This document shows positions 49,781-64,000 of a DNA stretch of 64,000 bases, piece by piece. The position numbers were made by a program, and so were the translations under genes. The notes under the pieces are model-generated. The model made no database searches, was not told where the DNA came from, and was given only the letters and a program-made list of their open reading frames with translations. Each line of letters opens with the position of its first letter. The first letter of the stretch is position 1. The DNA comes from Lytechinus pictus (taxonomy: Eukaryota): the NCBI RefSeq assembly GCF_037042905.1, contig NC_087245.1, forward strand, positions 8,868,001 to 8,932,000, in the 5' to 3' direction.

Positions 49781-50280
49781 CACGTCCCTGCTGTTCTTTC
49801 TTACGCCCCCCCTCCCTCTCCTACTCAAATCTGTCATCATTTTGCGTACTATGTTTATTCCCGTGAAAAAAAAAACTATGGTGCAAATCTGGTAAACATG
49901 TCTCCTAGTCAATTAGCAAGGTTATTTTACTTTTAACTCTTACGATGACGTCATCATCACATCATTTTTTTTATTGACTAAAGGTATGTATGTACGTTCC
50001 AAATGACAATCTTATTCACATGGTTGGCAAGTAGGAAAAGATTGCGAGGTTTTTTTTTGGCAATACATGGAGGGTTTTCACTTTACTAATCGAATAAAGA
50101 ATTAGAGGTGTTTACAGAAGATGTTCCACAACATGGGCTCATTATAAAATTGATTATAGGATTTTTCTATTAAAAAAAAAATAGTTTTTTTATGCAAGCA
50201 TTCGAAGCATTGATTAGCGTTCCTGATTCTAATCATGTTCTAGTTTGGTTTCACATGTGTTGAATATTCGTCAATAGCCT

Positions 50281-51980
50281 TATTAGGTGGTCTGTCAACG
50301 ACAGATCACCTATTGATTTCGCTAGAATTTTCTTTCTTTATTTATTTATTTATTTATTTTTATTTCTTCCGTACACTTTTTTGTACACACGTTCACTCGA
50401 AATCGACATGGTCAATTTCCTTCAAATTTCTGTCAGTCATCAAGCCCTATGATTTCAAGTAAAATCAACTTTTTCAAGGTCATCAGGTCATGATGACGTC
50501 ATCCAGGCGCCATTTTGTAAAATCACATTGTCGATCATATCTCCATTATCAATTATCAAAAATCAATCAAATTACCATCACATCAACTTCAGGTCAAGGG
50601 TCAACAGGTCATGTCATCAAAGGTCACCTGGAGGTCACGACGCGCGCGTACGCGCTCGTCAAATTTTTAAAATGCTCAAAATCACTTTTTGACCAAAGTT
50701 AAGTACGTTTCAGGTCATTTTAAGCATTTCAAAAATTTGCGCACGCACAGGTATGCGCGCGCGTTTCCGCGCGTAACGCCTTCAACGCAACGCAGAAACG
50801 CCTTTTTTTTTATATCGTTGCATTGATAATATAATTCTGAGCAATTTGATACCTTGATCAACCTTCTACGACCATTAATAACGAAATTAACACCCGTTAA
50901 AGTTTGCAGCACGTGTGCGCGCGAGCTCTTACTATAGGCCATATATGGGCAAAAACATGCCTATTAAAAATTCGATGTAGCTCTTTAAATAGTCCGTTGA
51001 CCCCCAATTTTTTTTCATATATCGATAGAGTATGAGTTGTAGATTTGATTTCATGTCACCATTGTCCCTCAATTTGATCATGACGTCATCAAAATTGCGC
51101 CTAAACTGAAAATTTCATTTTTTCAAAAATGACGTCATCAAATTTATGCAAATTTGATCATAACTCCGTGAATATTGATTATTTGTCGCCCAGATTTCGA
51201 TATGTTGTAGTTTAGAATGTACTCTTTCTCGTCAGTAAACATGAATTTTCATTTTGAAAAACGCATCATGGTGTAAAATTGCGATGAAAAGAGGCATGTC
51301 ATTTTTCCTCATTTTACGTGTAATCTCTATGGGACATGACTTTTTCTCAAAACTAGATTCTACATTCCTCTATTTCGTGAGCTATATCTCCATTTTTTCT
51401 TGTTAGTTATCCCTGAGCTTTTGGTATGATGTAGCTGAGATTCTAAGCTTTCGGTAATGTGCCCTCCATTTTTCAATCAGATGCCAGGATCATGCCCGTT
51501 TTTCGCTTGCAAAATTGGATTTGTAATTCTCAAATTTGCTTACGTGTAATCTCTATGGGAACGTGTAATCTCTATGGGGAATATCGTGGCTCAATGGATA
51601 ACACACTTGACTTGAGTTCTCGGGGGCGCAGGTTCGAGTCCTGGGGGTGAACAAGAGGATTTTTTCTTTCTTTTTTTTTTCTTTTTAATACCTCGTACAT
51701 GATCCTTTATGATAATTAAAAGGTATGAAAGTTAAAATTTAGCAAGATTAAACAGATTTTAATTACTTTTTTCATATCACATGTATTTTAATATATCAAA
51801 GAGACCCTTTTCACAGTGCTTTATCATCTCCCGTCTTTCACAAGTATTCCATCCATAATGAACATTCCGTTGTCATCATGAAGATCATATCGATCTGCTT
51901 GAACATGGTAAGAGTGATCATGATGGCGAGAATAAGGACAGACCACCTAATTCGTCCGCATGACGAATTAAAATCTAGTT
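50281..51980 (+). mobile_element. Helentron/Helitron-like non-autonomous element
   Basis: 5' TTAGGTGGTCTGTC with an adjacent inverted copy and (TTTA)n; 3' GACAGACCACCTAA, hairpin AATTCGTC/GACGAATT, then CTAG and a T-run. Confidence 0.75.
51586..51648 (+). other. tRNA-derived fragment (SINE head or tRNA pseudogene) inside the Helentron-like element
   Basis: A-box GTGGCTCAATGG and B-box GGTTCGAGTCC; no convincing acceptor stem. Confidence 0.55.
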
Positions 51981-53760
51981 TTTAACTGGAATCATTCAAA
52001 TTACGATTTTTTTTTTACCATGTGAGATTTTGATTCTGTTTTGATTTGCGCATCATACTTTCCTTATACTTCCAATTGCTTTGAAGTCCTAACTCCTATC
52101 CGGTGTAGTGAGCTGAAATAAGAGTTCAATATTGAGAAACACGAGATACACTGGATGACCGAAATAGGAACATAATATTTTAAAGAGTCTGAAGCAAATA
52201 TGTTGTTTATTTTGTCGTTGGCTTTGAGTCTGAATGGGAATCAAAGGGGTCCAAATTGTGGTTGAAACGTCAATGATAAGTATTTCCAAACATATCGAGC
52301 TATGATTATACTGTAATTTCCCAGGGTCCAAACTTGCGCGGTTAATACTTTGTCACTTGTTATGTTTTCACCAAGGAATACTCGTTTAAATCTCATGGTG
52401 AAAGCGTCAATGATACATATTCTAAATCGAGCTATTCCTTTTATGAGTATGCTATTTCCCAGGGTCCAAACTTGAGCAGTAATTGCTTTGATACTAATTA
52501 TATTTTTACCAAGCAATCTCATAACCTCATCAAAGACTCAATTGAAGTCCCTCTCCTGTGGTATTTCAGCGAACCTTCTCCTCTTCTTACATGAACGTGA
52601 TCTTCTAAACCCGACTCTCCCCTTCCCTCCCCTACGGAATTCCCCTACAATTTGGCGTTAATGATGAAACGTTGTACCAGGGCAAAATTACGAAAGTCAA
52701 GGCAAGAGCTATTTTCAAGTTGTTTGAGTTGGCATTGTTGTCTTGTTTGCCGAGGCTTGATGGGAAAATTGATCTGAAATGAGTGTGTCTCTGGAAAATA
52801 AATCACATCTCACGCTTAGACGATTTTTCGGACTGTCATCTCTTGTTTCGTGACTATTTGCTCATTATTATTGAAACAGGAGAAAGTTTGGCATTTACTC
52901 GCCACAATTCGAAGAGATCTTTCGGGATTTTCATGGCCCTGTTTCTTTGTTAGTCGAATTAAATTAATTTGTCTTTTCTTCACCCCTCTTACCATGACGC
53001 CATGAAGACAATGCAGGTAATAATATAGACTTTTTGCATTGCGATTGTTAATTTATAATGTCTTTATTTGAAATTAAAATTGATTTATCATGCCATTAAC
53101 AAAATTCTTTATAATCATGGCAATGTAAAACTAATGTAAGTTTGCTTGATAGCGAAAGGTATTCATATTGATTTATATTTGTTTATTTCATCAGTCTTTA
53201 CTTCTTGTCAGGTCAAACATAAGTCCCAATCATTCCTATTAATCTCTGAAGAAGTCTTAATTTTTTTCTCTTCCTTCCCCTCGTATATTCTTAATTCATC
53301 TCCACCCTCGTTTTTTCTCTGTTCACATCAATCGGTCTGTGTATGTTCGAACATAATACTCTTCTAACACTTTAGAACAATACCAATCAACATGCATTCG
53401 AAATTTTAAGATTCTCCGATATTTGCCAAGAAAATGTTTCCTCTGTTAGACATACAATAAAATTTACTTCTGATCAGTCAAATTCGCATGTTATTTTGAT
53501 GAAACTTTTAGTTCACTCCCTTATCATGTCCCTGCACAAACACCATCCTCCCTTGCTCATCCCACCTCTGGTACCACTGCCTACGACGTGCGGAGATTAC
53601 GCTTTATTCAATGTTATTCAATATCTGTTTCTTTCATTAGAAGTCCCTGGTATTCAATTTGGAGTTAACACGCTTCTCTGCTCTTAGCGCCCATTTTCGA
53701 CACGTTTTTACTCAATTGATTTTCCATACGCTTGATTTTTTTGTGCCGCTGAAGGGAAGA

Positions 53761-53864
53761 AAGTTTTGAACCTACTATGGCCCATCGAAGTACAATTGAT
53801 TTAAGTTTTGAACCTACTATGGTTTTGAACCTACTATGGCCCATCGAAGTACAATTGATTTAAG
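53761..53864. repeat. Short local tandem duplication
   Basis: GTTTTGAACCTACTATG occurs three times and CCCATCGAAGTACAATTGATTTAAG twice. Confidence 0.85.
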
Positions 53865-54065
53865 ATTCATTTTCAAGCAGTCGAAGAATTATGTTTAAAA
53901 AAATGTAATGTATGTTTATATTTCAAATTGAAAGCGTAAGTTTGATGGTGATATTTGCCATTTATGTGCAATCCTCATATCAATACTATCCTCTACTTTA
54001 TTTTTAGATAAGTTAACAAAAAAAAGAAGCTTATACAATTAAAATATAACATCCATGCTTGTTGG

Positions 54066-55171
54066 CAGGTGCGGTGTAACCGGGCGCCAGGGGGGCACTT
54101 CCCCAATAAAATTCTCTGTAGGAAAAAATGTTATTTTTTCGAAATTGAAATTGCCCATTTTTACAAAAAGAAATACCCCTTTTAAAGTAAAACATAATAC
54201 ATTTAAGGTCGAAAACAATTTTTTTTTCTCTCGCTTCGCACTTGCATCAATTATTGTTCTTCTTAGAATGTCCTGTTTTCAGGTTGGAATATCACACATA
54301 TTTGGCTCGAGTTCCACGCTCGCATCAATTATTGTTTAATAAGGTCCTCATTTCGTTCCTGGTTACAAAGAATTCTTAGAATGTCCAGTTTTCAGGTGGA
54401 ATGTCACAAATTTCAACTCACGCTTCGCGCTCGCATTATTTGATTGTGAGATATGTATCCTGTTCATGAGTCACATAATGTAGTCCTTATCAGGTTCCTT
54501 TTCTGGTCAGTATATTAAAGATTTCAGCTCGCGCTTTGCGCTGGCGTTAATTCTTTAGTTCAGGGGCGGATCCAGGTTTGTCCAAAAGGGGGTGGGGGCA
54601 CATTTTCCGAGAAAAAATCTGACAAGCAAGCAAAAAAAAATTCAATAAGGACATTTCGCCCACGAAAAATTTTGACAAGCAAAAAAAAGGGGGCTCTTCA
54701 CTTTCAAAATGGGGGACACACTTCTATCCCCTCCCCTGGATCCGCCACTGCTTTAGTTAGATACGCATTTTTTCATCATTACAAAAACTGCTCGGAATGT
54801 TTAATTTTCTTGTCTTATTACATGAAATGTCCACAAGTTTGAGCTCGCGATTTGTGCTCGCAAAATCTCGCAAGGATGGCATTTTAATAGTAATTAGCGC
54901 CATGAAAGGTTGGTCTTACAACTGCGGATTTTTTTCCAAAGCACTCGCTCGCTGTGCTCTATCGCGGATAAAATAAGCTTTGATATGAATCTTAACATAA
55001 ATCACTTCAAAAAAGGCTTTGCTCAACTTTATTACTACAAAACTCTCAACTACTTCACGCAGAGGACAATCTCATGGTGAAAATATCCATTTGCACCAAA
55101 ACGCTCATTTTAACATTATAAGTGCGCCTTTTGGCTTTCCCCCCAAAATAAGATACGTTTCGCTGCCCCTG
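54066..55171. mobile_element. Old hAT-like non-autonomous element with CTCGCGCTTCGCGCTCGCA-type repeats
   Basis: CAGG...CCTG degenerate ends, imperfect 8-bp flanks (CTTGTTGG / TTTCTTGG), ~100-bp internal repeats. Confidence 0.5.
54561..54750. mobile_element. hAT-type MITE nested in the previous element
   Basis: TIR CAGGGGCGGATCCAGG / CCTGGATCCGCCACTG, perfect TSD CTTTAGTT. Confidence 0.92.
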
Positions 55172-58100
55172 TTTCTTGGGTAATACAATGCCAAATGCTT
55201 TGTAAATGTTATGTAATGTCCAAAAGAAAATCTCACGAAGAGTTGATTTAAACGCTATTTAAAAAAAAAGAAAAAGACGTAACCTGCGACCAATCAGAAA
55301 CTCGGAATTTAAGATTAAGATTTCTTAAATTTTGTTTAATCGCAATCCTCTCCGAATATGGCCCCTGTTTAATTTCGGCCGTATAAATTACGGTCAAGTT
55401 CAAACTTCACATAAGTTATTTTGTACCTGAGAATTACTCGATAACTAACAAATTAAAAACAGTTTGATGGATGTATCACCAATTTGCCAATGGGCATGAA
55501 TTTTAAAAAACCAACCCATCCCCCCCCAAAAAAAAAAAAAAAAAAAAAAAGAGACAAATTATGGAAAATGTATATTTTGGACAAAGTTTGATAAGCTGCA
55601 CCAATTTAGAAAACATGAGCGTGTCATTTACTATATTCCTATATGCTTCCGTATTGTAATTCGAGTATTGTAATTCGAGCAAATAATGCTTATACTAACA
55701 TAGCTTTACTCCAATGTCTTCATTCGAGGTTTTGACGCCATAATCTTTGCAGTAATTATTATAGAATTGTAGGCGATGATTGTAGGGAATTCTCTTTTGA
55801 TTCCTTTATTTCATTCACTCTACCCCTTCTCTCTCTCCACTCTTTCTCACGCACACCCACCCTCACACACAACACACATTTCCGTTATTTTCATGCACCA
55901 TCTCACACTCCGTCATCCCTACCCATTCTCCTCCCTCGATCAGTCTCACCAAGAAACCAACCGATGATATGTCATTCAACATCAGCTCTGAACATTTCTG
56001 AGTCGGTTCCGTAGATGTGAATGTTGCATAACTATCTGCCTATTCTTCACCATTCCACAATCATTATAAAGGCCTACCACTCATAGCTGCCTCTCTTCCT
56101 AGTTCTTTTAATACCCCCGCACTTAGTCCCTCTGGAACTCGTAACCCTCATCCAAATTCAAATTAGAATGCCCTTAGCATACCAACATCAAATTACTTCA
56201 GATAATCATATTAGATTCCTTTCTATACACATCTCTCATAACTAAGAAACTAACGCTCAATTTTAGCGGCAAGGGAGTTAAATGCTACCAAAGCACCACG
56301 TTTTTTAGTCAGACGACAGAACCGTTATTGCATTTTCGATTTCATGATCGCAGTATCGATCGTTGTCTTAATAATAACAAGGTGTTCGCTTATTATGTAT
56401 TTCATGTCAGGGTAAATATCAAATCATATATAAACTGATGTCGATTCTTTTTAAGGTGATATTTCAGAAAGTCTTGATTAAATTGACTGGTCGCTTGGGG
56501 ATTGGCTGGCGTACAGTGAAAAAATACTATAGCAGGGTTTGTAAGAGGTTGAAGTTACATAGTTTGACGGTATTTCATACTCGCAATGTGTGTTTATCAT
56601 TATGACTGATTTCACGTGGAAGTTCAACTATTCATCCTTCATGAAGCTCAGTTCAAAAACAGAGAAAAAACACAATTTCGCATATACATACATAACACCC
56701 ACACATCCATTAGACATATATATATATACATATATTATTCGGCTAGTCACTATACACAGCCGATCTTGGTTTATTTTTAATTCATTTGAATTAAGAGTGT
56801 TCTTTTTAAGCCCCCTCCCCTTTAAGAGATATATAGTTTTTCATCGATTCTACTACTTACAGCATAGCGTGTAATGCTATATTTCATCACTTTTTTTTTT
56901 AGCTTTCGTTGAATTACCAAAGGGATCAGCCTGTCGATAACGACTGATGTAAAGATCCTCCATTCGTGCGCTTTATTTTGATGGGGTACATTTTTTTCTA
57001 TCCGTCTTAAGTGAAAGAAGTGTGTTTCACAAGACGATCATTTCTTTTTCATTGGGGGATATTGATAGCTTTAATGGACAAATCAGAACATCAATACCTT
57101 TATAATTTTTTTAAATCCTCTTTTATTTAATTGTTTTGGGGGATGTATCCACTTTTCTCAGACCAGCATGTTTGAATAAAAATGTTACTCTATGGATTGA
57201 TAGAGTGGAATATCACCCAATGGAGAACATTGTATTACGTCTTTGTACTCTTTCGTGGTTGCGAATGATGGATAAGTTTCTTGCAAAGATTTTAGTTGCA
57301 ATTTAAATTGGTTATTAACTATTGTTCCAGTGATGATACTTATTATCCGTCAGAAAAGTGCATCGCAATCAAGGAGGGTTGAGGGTCGATTCGATAATCC
57401 TTATGAAGACAAAGCTTTAGTCCCTTGTTTATCGTATGCAAACAGCCAGCTTTGAGCATTGAAAATCTTGAAAATTAATTTTCGAAGGGATTTCATGCGG
57501 CTAGGGAAATCCAGGCGAGGGCTTCAAGGGGTGATCGACTTACGGCACGCGCGGGGACGTTGGGGGTAAATTAGAAGGAAATTATATAACGTCTGTTTCG
57601 ACTCTCTGTTCGTCACACGCACGACTAGTCACGAGCGGGATGCTGGATGGCGGGTTACCGAAGAGAGCCGGGTGAGTGGTGTACCGGGTGTCCTACCATA
57701 CGGAGACCTTGGCATAGGTGTGAGAAAGTTAGATACCAATTTTAGTTTAACTGGGGTTGAAAGAGACATTGTGATGTTAAAAAAATCGCAAGTCAGCTGG
57801 GCACAATGTGATAACATGATTACAAAATCGGTGATAAAAATATACTTTTGACTCTGATAGTCATATAGTAACATCGGTACGCAGATAATGTCATATGACG
57901 TAATTCCACTCTGAACCTCCCAAGTATAGCTCTAGTCCCTATGTGTGAGATGTTATTCCTGGTTTTATTCTAAAAACTAAACCTGTTTGCAGAGTTCGTA
58001 GTTTCGTACAATTTCTTGTATAGTACAGGTTCTCCGTCAAAATAAAAAAATATCGTCAAAATTCCCTCCGATTTAATGATGTCAGCACTTATTTTAGAAC

Positions 58101-61100
58101 GAATTTCAATGACCGATGAGATCGACATTCATAAAGCCAAATAGTTCATTCAATTTGATTTAATTGGAATACAATTTCATGATTTTCTCACCTAAACATG
58201 CAAAATTAGCGACCAAATAAAAAAAAAAGAGATTTTTTTTACATTCGCACCGGTACCCTCTTTACCAGTGTTATGGAATTCAAATTCTTGAATATCAAAC
58301 ATTTACAGTATACATAGTATATGGGCGGTAATTTCGTTGTTGCTTATGCTCTTTTTACAGGGCACTGGGAATGGCTTTTGCAGAGGTGCTTGTATGGAAA
58401 AAATGACAAAAAGGGGGTTTCACTTTGAAAAAAAAAACGATGAAGGTAATAGTGCTATAAAGGAAAAATAATGACAAGTAAAAAAAATCTACTTGATTAT
58501 AGATTGAAGAAGAAGATGCGAAACTAGAACTGCTATCCTATTACAACGTTAAATTTTAATGTCTCGGGAATGAGATATGGAAAGCAGAAAGCAGGGGGCG
58601 CCTGGGAACGAATTTTGAAAAGCGGGTGCATGGTTTGGCTAAGTTTTTGACAAAATTTGACAAGCAAGCAAAAAGAAAAAGTTTGCGCTCGGATACTCAA
58701 TACTAAAAGTCGACCTTGGGTTTTTTGCAATAAAACAAATTGTACGCCTATAGACTATTATTTGGGGTACTTAAGTACACGTTATCCATCACATGTAATT
58801 CATCAAATAACGGAAGACGATTAACATCAGTATGTCACGATTTGAAGCCGAACTTACAGTTCTCTACATTTCAAAACATAGTTTAATTCGCCCTCCCCGG
58901 CGAGAGGAAGCTCATAATATTCGTACATCGTTTTCTACTCTGTATGCCATACTACCATCATGAGTAGTCGAGAGACAACCATTAGTGTCTGTGCGTGCGG
59001 TATAGTTCGCGTAAAATAAGCCGGCGCGTTAATTAATATCAGAGGATTATAATCCGAGCCTCAACAAAATGGAGCGTAAGACGTCTACCATATTACCCTC
59101 GGGAGAAAGTATCCTTCCAATCCTATTGCGATTATCTTCAATTACTAAAACGGTTGAGAAAGAGGTGTTTAAACTCCTTATAACAGTAAATAAGGCAAGC
59201 GACCAGACAATATAATGGCCTTTTCTAGAATGCTTCCAAATGTGCATTTTAAAATTTTAGGCTTGGCGGAGAGATGGGATAAAAGCATATTGTAGATTTG
59301 GCACCACGCCACTATATTCTCTCTTTCCCTCACGTTGTATCCTCTCTTTATTTTATTTTGTTATTGTTGCCGGAAACACACGCTAGTAATGAAGAACTGT
59401 GATAATTGCTTCATTACATTTGATGAGAACTTGAATTTTGATAGGGCCACTTATCAAGAACAATCGCAATATGGCCAGTAGGCCAATAACGTTGGCCATT
59501 TATCCTGGTAATAAGCCCCGCCTCCATGTTCTCTTTCTTTTTCACCAAATTCTACCACCCCGATAGTCCACGTTTTCAATGCAATATGTCATTTTTTTTC
59601 ACTGTGTGGTGAATTATGAAAGTAACGATTAATACAAGCTTATTTGAAAACTTACTTTAAAAAGCGTTCTTTTCGGAATTAAACCCATTACGTAAATTAG
59701 ACGGAATACACGTAAAGTTTCGGGTATTGATGATGTATACAAATCAATTTGCTTGATTTCCTTTAATGCCAATCATCAACGGGGTTAAGAATTTTGTTAT
59801 TCTGTATGCCAGAAGGCTATCTCTTAAAAAAAGCCTGAGACATGATTCTTTTGAAAAATGCTGGTCAAACTTAATAAATACTTTCGACTGATATCGAAAA
59901 TAATTTTTTTGTGGGGGGGGGGGGGATCGGAGTGTCTCTTGCATATTCATATCTGATTTTGTACTAAATGTTATACATTATGTTAGTTTATTTCATGAGA
60001 AACAATATAATATGTGTCATTATATTGTTGTTGTACACTCACTTGCTGAAACGTATGTAATTCTTTTAAATGTACACTTGATTTGATTATTCAATATCAA
60101 TAAAACACCCTACTTTTGGGGTAGGGAGAAGTTGAAAAAAATACAGTGTTATGAAATTTAATTTCCTCCAGAAAACTTATCCATTGAAACAAATAAAGTT
60201 AGTTGGTTTGAATCGAACCCCCTTCTAAACCAGCTTTGAAACAATCGCATTAGCAGTAAATTAAATTTGCTGGAATCCAATAAAGAAAGTACACCTTGAA
60301 CATGTCGTAATAATGACATTTGACCACGTCTTATTCGTGAAGCCACTTCAGCGGTTTTTCTTTATAAATGAGATTTTGTGTTTTTCAATAAGCCTATACT
60401 GTTAAATATTTCAATAAATTATTTTTAGATAGTTTGCTTTATTGATTTAAAAAATTGTATGAATTTGGTTAACCTTGGTGTTCGAGTTCTCTGATGTGAA
60501 ATCGACTTGTTTCCCGCCCTTTATCTTCCTCGGATAATGATCGTCTGCTTTGGCAAAACACCTGTACACGTGTTTTCAGAGGGGTTTCCAAATTATTTCG
60601 CGACGAAGTAGGACTTCGTTGTGTTGTATCGTGACTGTTGCCATAATCTCTATCCAGTTGTGGATTGTTTCCCCATCGTTTTCATTATTTCTTACCGTAT
60701 TTACTATAAAGTTACCTGCTTTATTCAAACCACCCCTGTTTTTGTGCCCTGTTTTAACTCCTCTCATCTTTCTTTCTTACCCCCCTCCCTCTCTATATGG
60801 TTGTCCTCCACCCGTTTGTCTTCCGCATAAAATTTCTGTTTATATCTTTATTCAATGGACGTTACGATAGCTAATATTCTGGTGATAATATCCAACAACA
60901 CACCCACATATATGCAATCAAGTTTGCCCATTTTAAGTGACTAAAATCTAAAGTACAAAACTAAATATAGCCCACAGGATATTACATCGATCGAATTCGA
61001 GTGATGAAAAATTAGTAACACAGTCCCTGTTGATAAAGTATCACCAAGTGTGATAGTTTGACACACGTCTCATATGATTATATGCTCCATGTCAAGAAGT

Positions 61101-61397
61101 TGTGTTATACATAATGCTGTACATAATAGGAGATGTTAAAGGGAGGTTACATAAATGAGGTTGGAGTAGATGGGGATTATCCGTCCTTATTTCGATCAAG
61201 CAAGAGATAAAATGGAAGTAAGTTTCATGTTGCTATTTGATTGTATATGACTACAGATTTTTTTTTATTGTTCAAAATGTCAATCCTATAATTCGCTGAG
61301 TAAAGTGATGGATGAATGAGAGGGTCATTAACTGAACTGAATAAACAGTAGTGACCACATACAGCGAAAAGAGTAAGAAGAAGAACGAGATAAGGAA

Positions 61398-61428
<31 letters not shown>

Positions 61429-64000
61429 TAAAAATAAAAATAAAAAAATCCGGGATTGGTGGAGATGAGGGAGATAGGTATACTGATGTGTAAATGGATG
61501 GGACGGAGGTAAAACATATTACACATTCATTGCAATCTCCGGATAGCAATGCCAATTAGAGAAACATATAACCCATGCATTCTTCGCAGCTTTGGCTAAA
61601 TCAATTAAGTAGAATCAGTTAATATCACAGCGAACACACAATGCATTTTTTTCCAAGTCAAATAAGACGATTGTTAACGACACGGGTCCAAAATGCCACG
61701 TAATCGCTGAATCAAATCTCGTTGGGGTCCTTAATTGATAATTACCTTTATCGCCTCCCCTGTAATTCTGTCATTTAGACACTGACTGCTATTAGTACAC
61801 GAACAAAACGAATATTCAATTCAGACTAGTCCAAATCGTTGTCGAATGCGCGCCTACGGGTTAGTGGTTATACGTCTCTTTCAAGTCGTGTGTGAAGTTG
61901 AATGAATTATTAATGGTCGGTTTGTTTCATTGGTCTGTACATCATAGCCGAACCTTAGAATTTTTTGATGGGTGTACATCATCAATTTAAATGTGTATAT
62001 TCCAGATTGGTGTATACAACAGTAGTACTGTAATCGTCTTTCTTTATTGTGCGGTATATAGACTGCGATAATGGCGCAATTTCACTGTATTGAATATCAG
62101 TGGAAAGACGTGATATAATTTGACTTGTTAAATTTGATTAATGACAGACAGTAAAGTACAAATCGGAATTCGTATAAACCTGTGAGGCATTTGTATGTCA
62201 CAAAGCATAATCCGTTTTATTGTGTAGTACAAACACCTATATTTTCCTTTGAAGATCTATGTTTAATATAAAAAAGATTACATTAAAGATAAAACGAGGT
62301 AAATGCATTATTGCTGTGTTACAAATTTGGTTAGAGCAGTGGAAATGAAAATAATTCGCTTTTATATCTCTCTAAATACATCGTAACGAGGTCTACATTG
62401 ATTTCATACATTATTGACTTTCCAAGGCATATTTTTTATATATCCCTTCATCTCGTTTCATTTCTTCTAAAAATATTTTTTGATCACTTGCATCCTGTCT
62501 TCTATTCATTACTTAATTTTTCATTTTTCATTATTATTTTTTATACTAAAGTAAGAAAGTTCAGAGAACTGCGCAACCGCCATAACATGTACACCACTCT
62601 CTCCCACCACTTTCACCACCTCAAGAAGATTTAAAACTGTCACCTTTCTTGTTCTACTTTCTTAGTCACTTTCACCGGAAACACCATTATATTTGACATG
62701 GAATATAACGCCTCATAGCAACTCTATGGACCTGCATACCCACTATCATCAATACTACCTTGCTATATGTGAAATTCTAGTCTCTTTGCTCACCAGAAAT
62801 TATAACAAGACAACGGCAAACCATCACCACTGACAAAACTGCTACCACGGCTACGACTACTAACAAAAAAACGAAAATCATTGCAACTTCTTACAACATC
62901 AAATCATTCATAATAAATATCACCACAATTACCACCGCAAATATCGCTTTCAGAACTTACTTTCTTGATTACATGGTTATCTAATGAAGATATGAAGTAA
63001 GGCATATTTACATGTCTGAACTTCCTTCTCTCGACCTTATTACTCTTTCCTGATACAACAGCCTTGTTACTGTTTAAAGTAAAGACAATGCCCCCTCGTA
63101 CATGTCAAAACTTTTCAAAGGGGTTTGTTTAATATTACATTCCCATTCATTTTTACTTCCCTCTCTTTAACAATGAAAATGTTCCAATTACTCAAACTAA
63201 AGAGATAGAAAAATGTATTCAGTGTGATCACGATTTTATGTGTTTTTCCCAAAATAATATCGTTTCTGTGTGTTACCTGTCATTTTCCATCTTTTCTTTG
63301 TGTTCTTGTAATCATCTCATTCTCATATTCTTTGGGATTTCAACATTGAGTATTAGCTACTTCCTAGTCGTTTCCACATCGCATGTAAATTCTTTGTACA
63401 TCTAATGGCTAAATTAATGTTCTTGGTGTGGTCCACAGTTTTATCTTAATTATGTGATAGCCTAGCATAGAATAGCATACACGGGACCAGGGCATAATAC
63501 CTTAGTCTCTTATATTCTCTAGCAGTGACATATGTTTTGTAAATACATCCCACCAGTCGTCAAGTTGAACGTCACCCACTACCAGTAAATCATCGTCCTG
63601 AATACATAGCTTCCACAGCTATACCGTCTCCAGTCCAGTCTCTGCGATAATAAACAACACAGTGATCAAAGACTCAACATAACATTCTTTTCTCTCCGTT
63701 GTAGACTCAGTGAACATAACAAGACCCACTGCGATACTGCAAATCTACATTAGCTCGCAGATAATCAATAAGATATGGAAATATTTGTTGGACAAATTGC
63801 AGTGTAAGTGAAAGTGATGGTAATACCCAAGTCTCCGCGGAAAAGTTACTCAACACATCGTCGTCCGTGACTTCATTCGTCTAAAACGCAAGACCTGATA
63901 TCGATTGATTTTTAATGCTCTTATGAAGGCCAGATAATAGGGAATTGGCTGGTAATCAATTCCGAAATAATTGTCTAACTTGTCTAATGGGTTGTCAAAT

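Noticed and set aside
51586..51648. Functional tRNA gene
   Set aside because: A and B boxes are present but there is no complete cloverleaf or acceptor stem.
52241..52522. ORF with a duplicated TAQVWTLGN motif
   Set aside because: Explained by a degenerate two-copy DNA repeat; no coding evidence.
55200..64000. Short ORFs in the distal region
   Set aside because: Low-complexity or AT-rich chance ORFs with no recognisable domains or exon chain.

Overview
AT-rich, intron-containing eukaryotic DNA. The repeat families suggest a marine invertebrate, probably a sea urchin (inference). The first ~55 kb is densely nested, mostly decayed transposons; the last ~9 kb is featureless intergenic or intronic DNA, and no intact host gene could be supported. 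Main elements: (1) a Sola1-type transposase pseudogene next to kinase and BEN-domain remnants; (2) a large hAT-like DDE transposase pseudogene split by three insertions and a 316-bp duplication; (3) a two-gene, intron-containing PIF/Harbinger (Myb-like plus transposase) lacking its left end; (4) an Academ-like long-TIR element carrying Kolobok-like and RTE inserts; (5) a Ty3/Gypsy LTR retrotransposon at 25026-34593 with both LTRs, a TCTA TSD, a tRNA-Ser PBS and a PPT; (6) a DIRS1-type tyrosine-recombinase retroelement with ITRs and ICR; (7) many MITEs, Helentron-associated elements and LINE ends. The most interesting observation is that the Gypsy element carries a TatD-family nuclease domain after pol and a helix-hairpin-helix domain at the start of gag, and has TG...TA LTR ends. 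The second is a SINE with a 7SL-like head.
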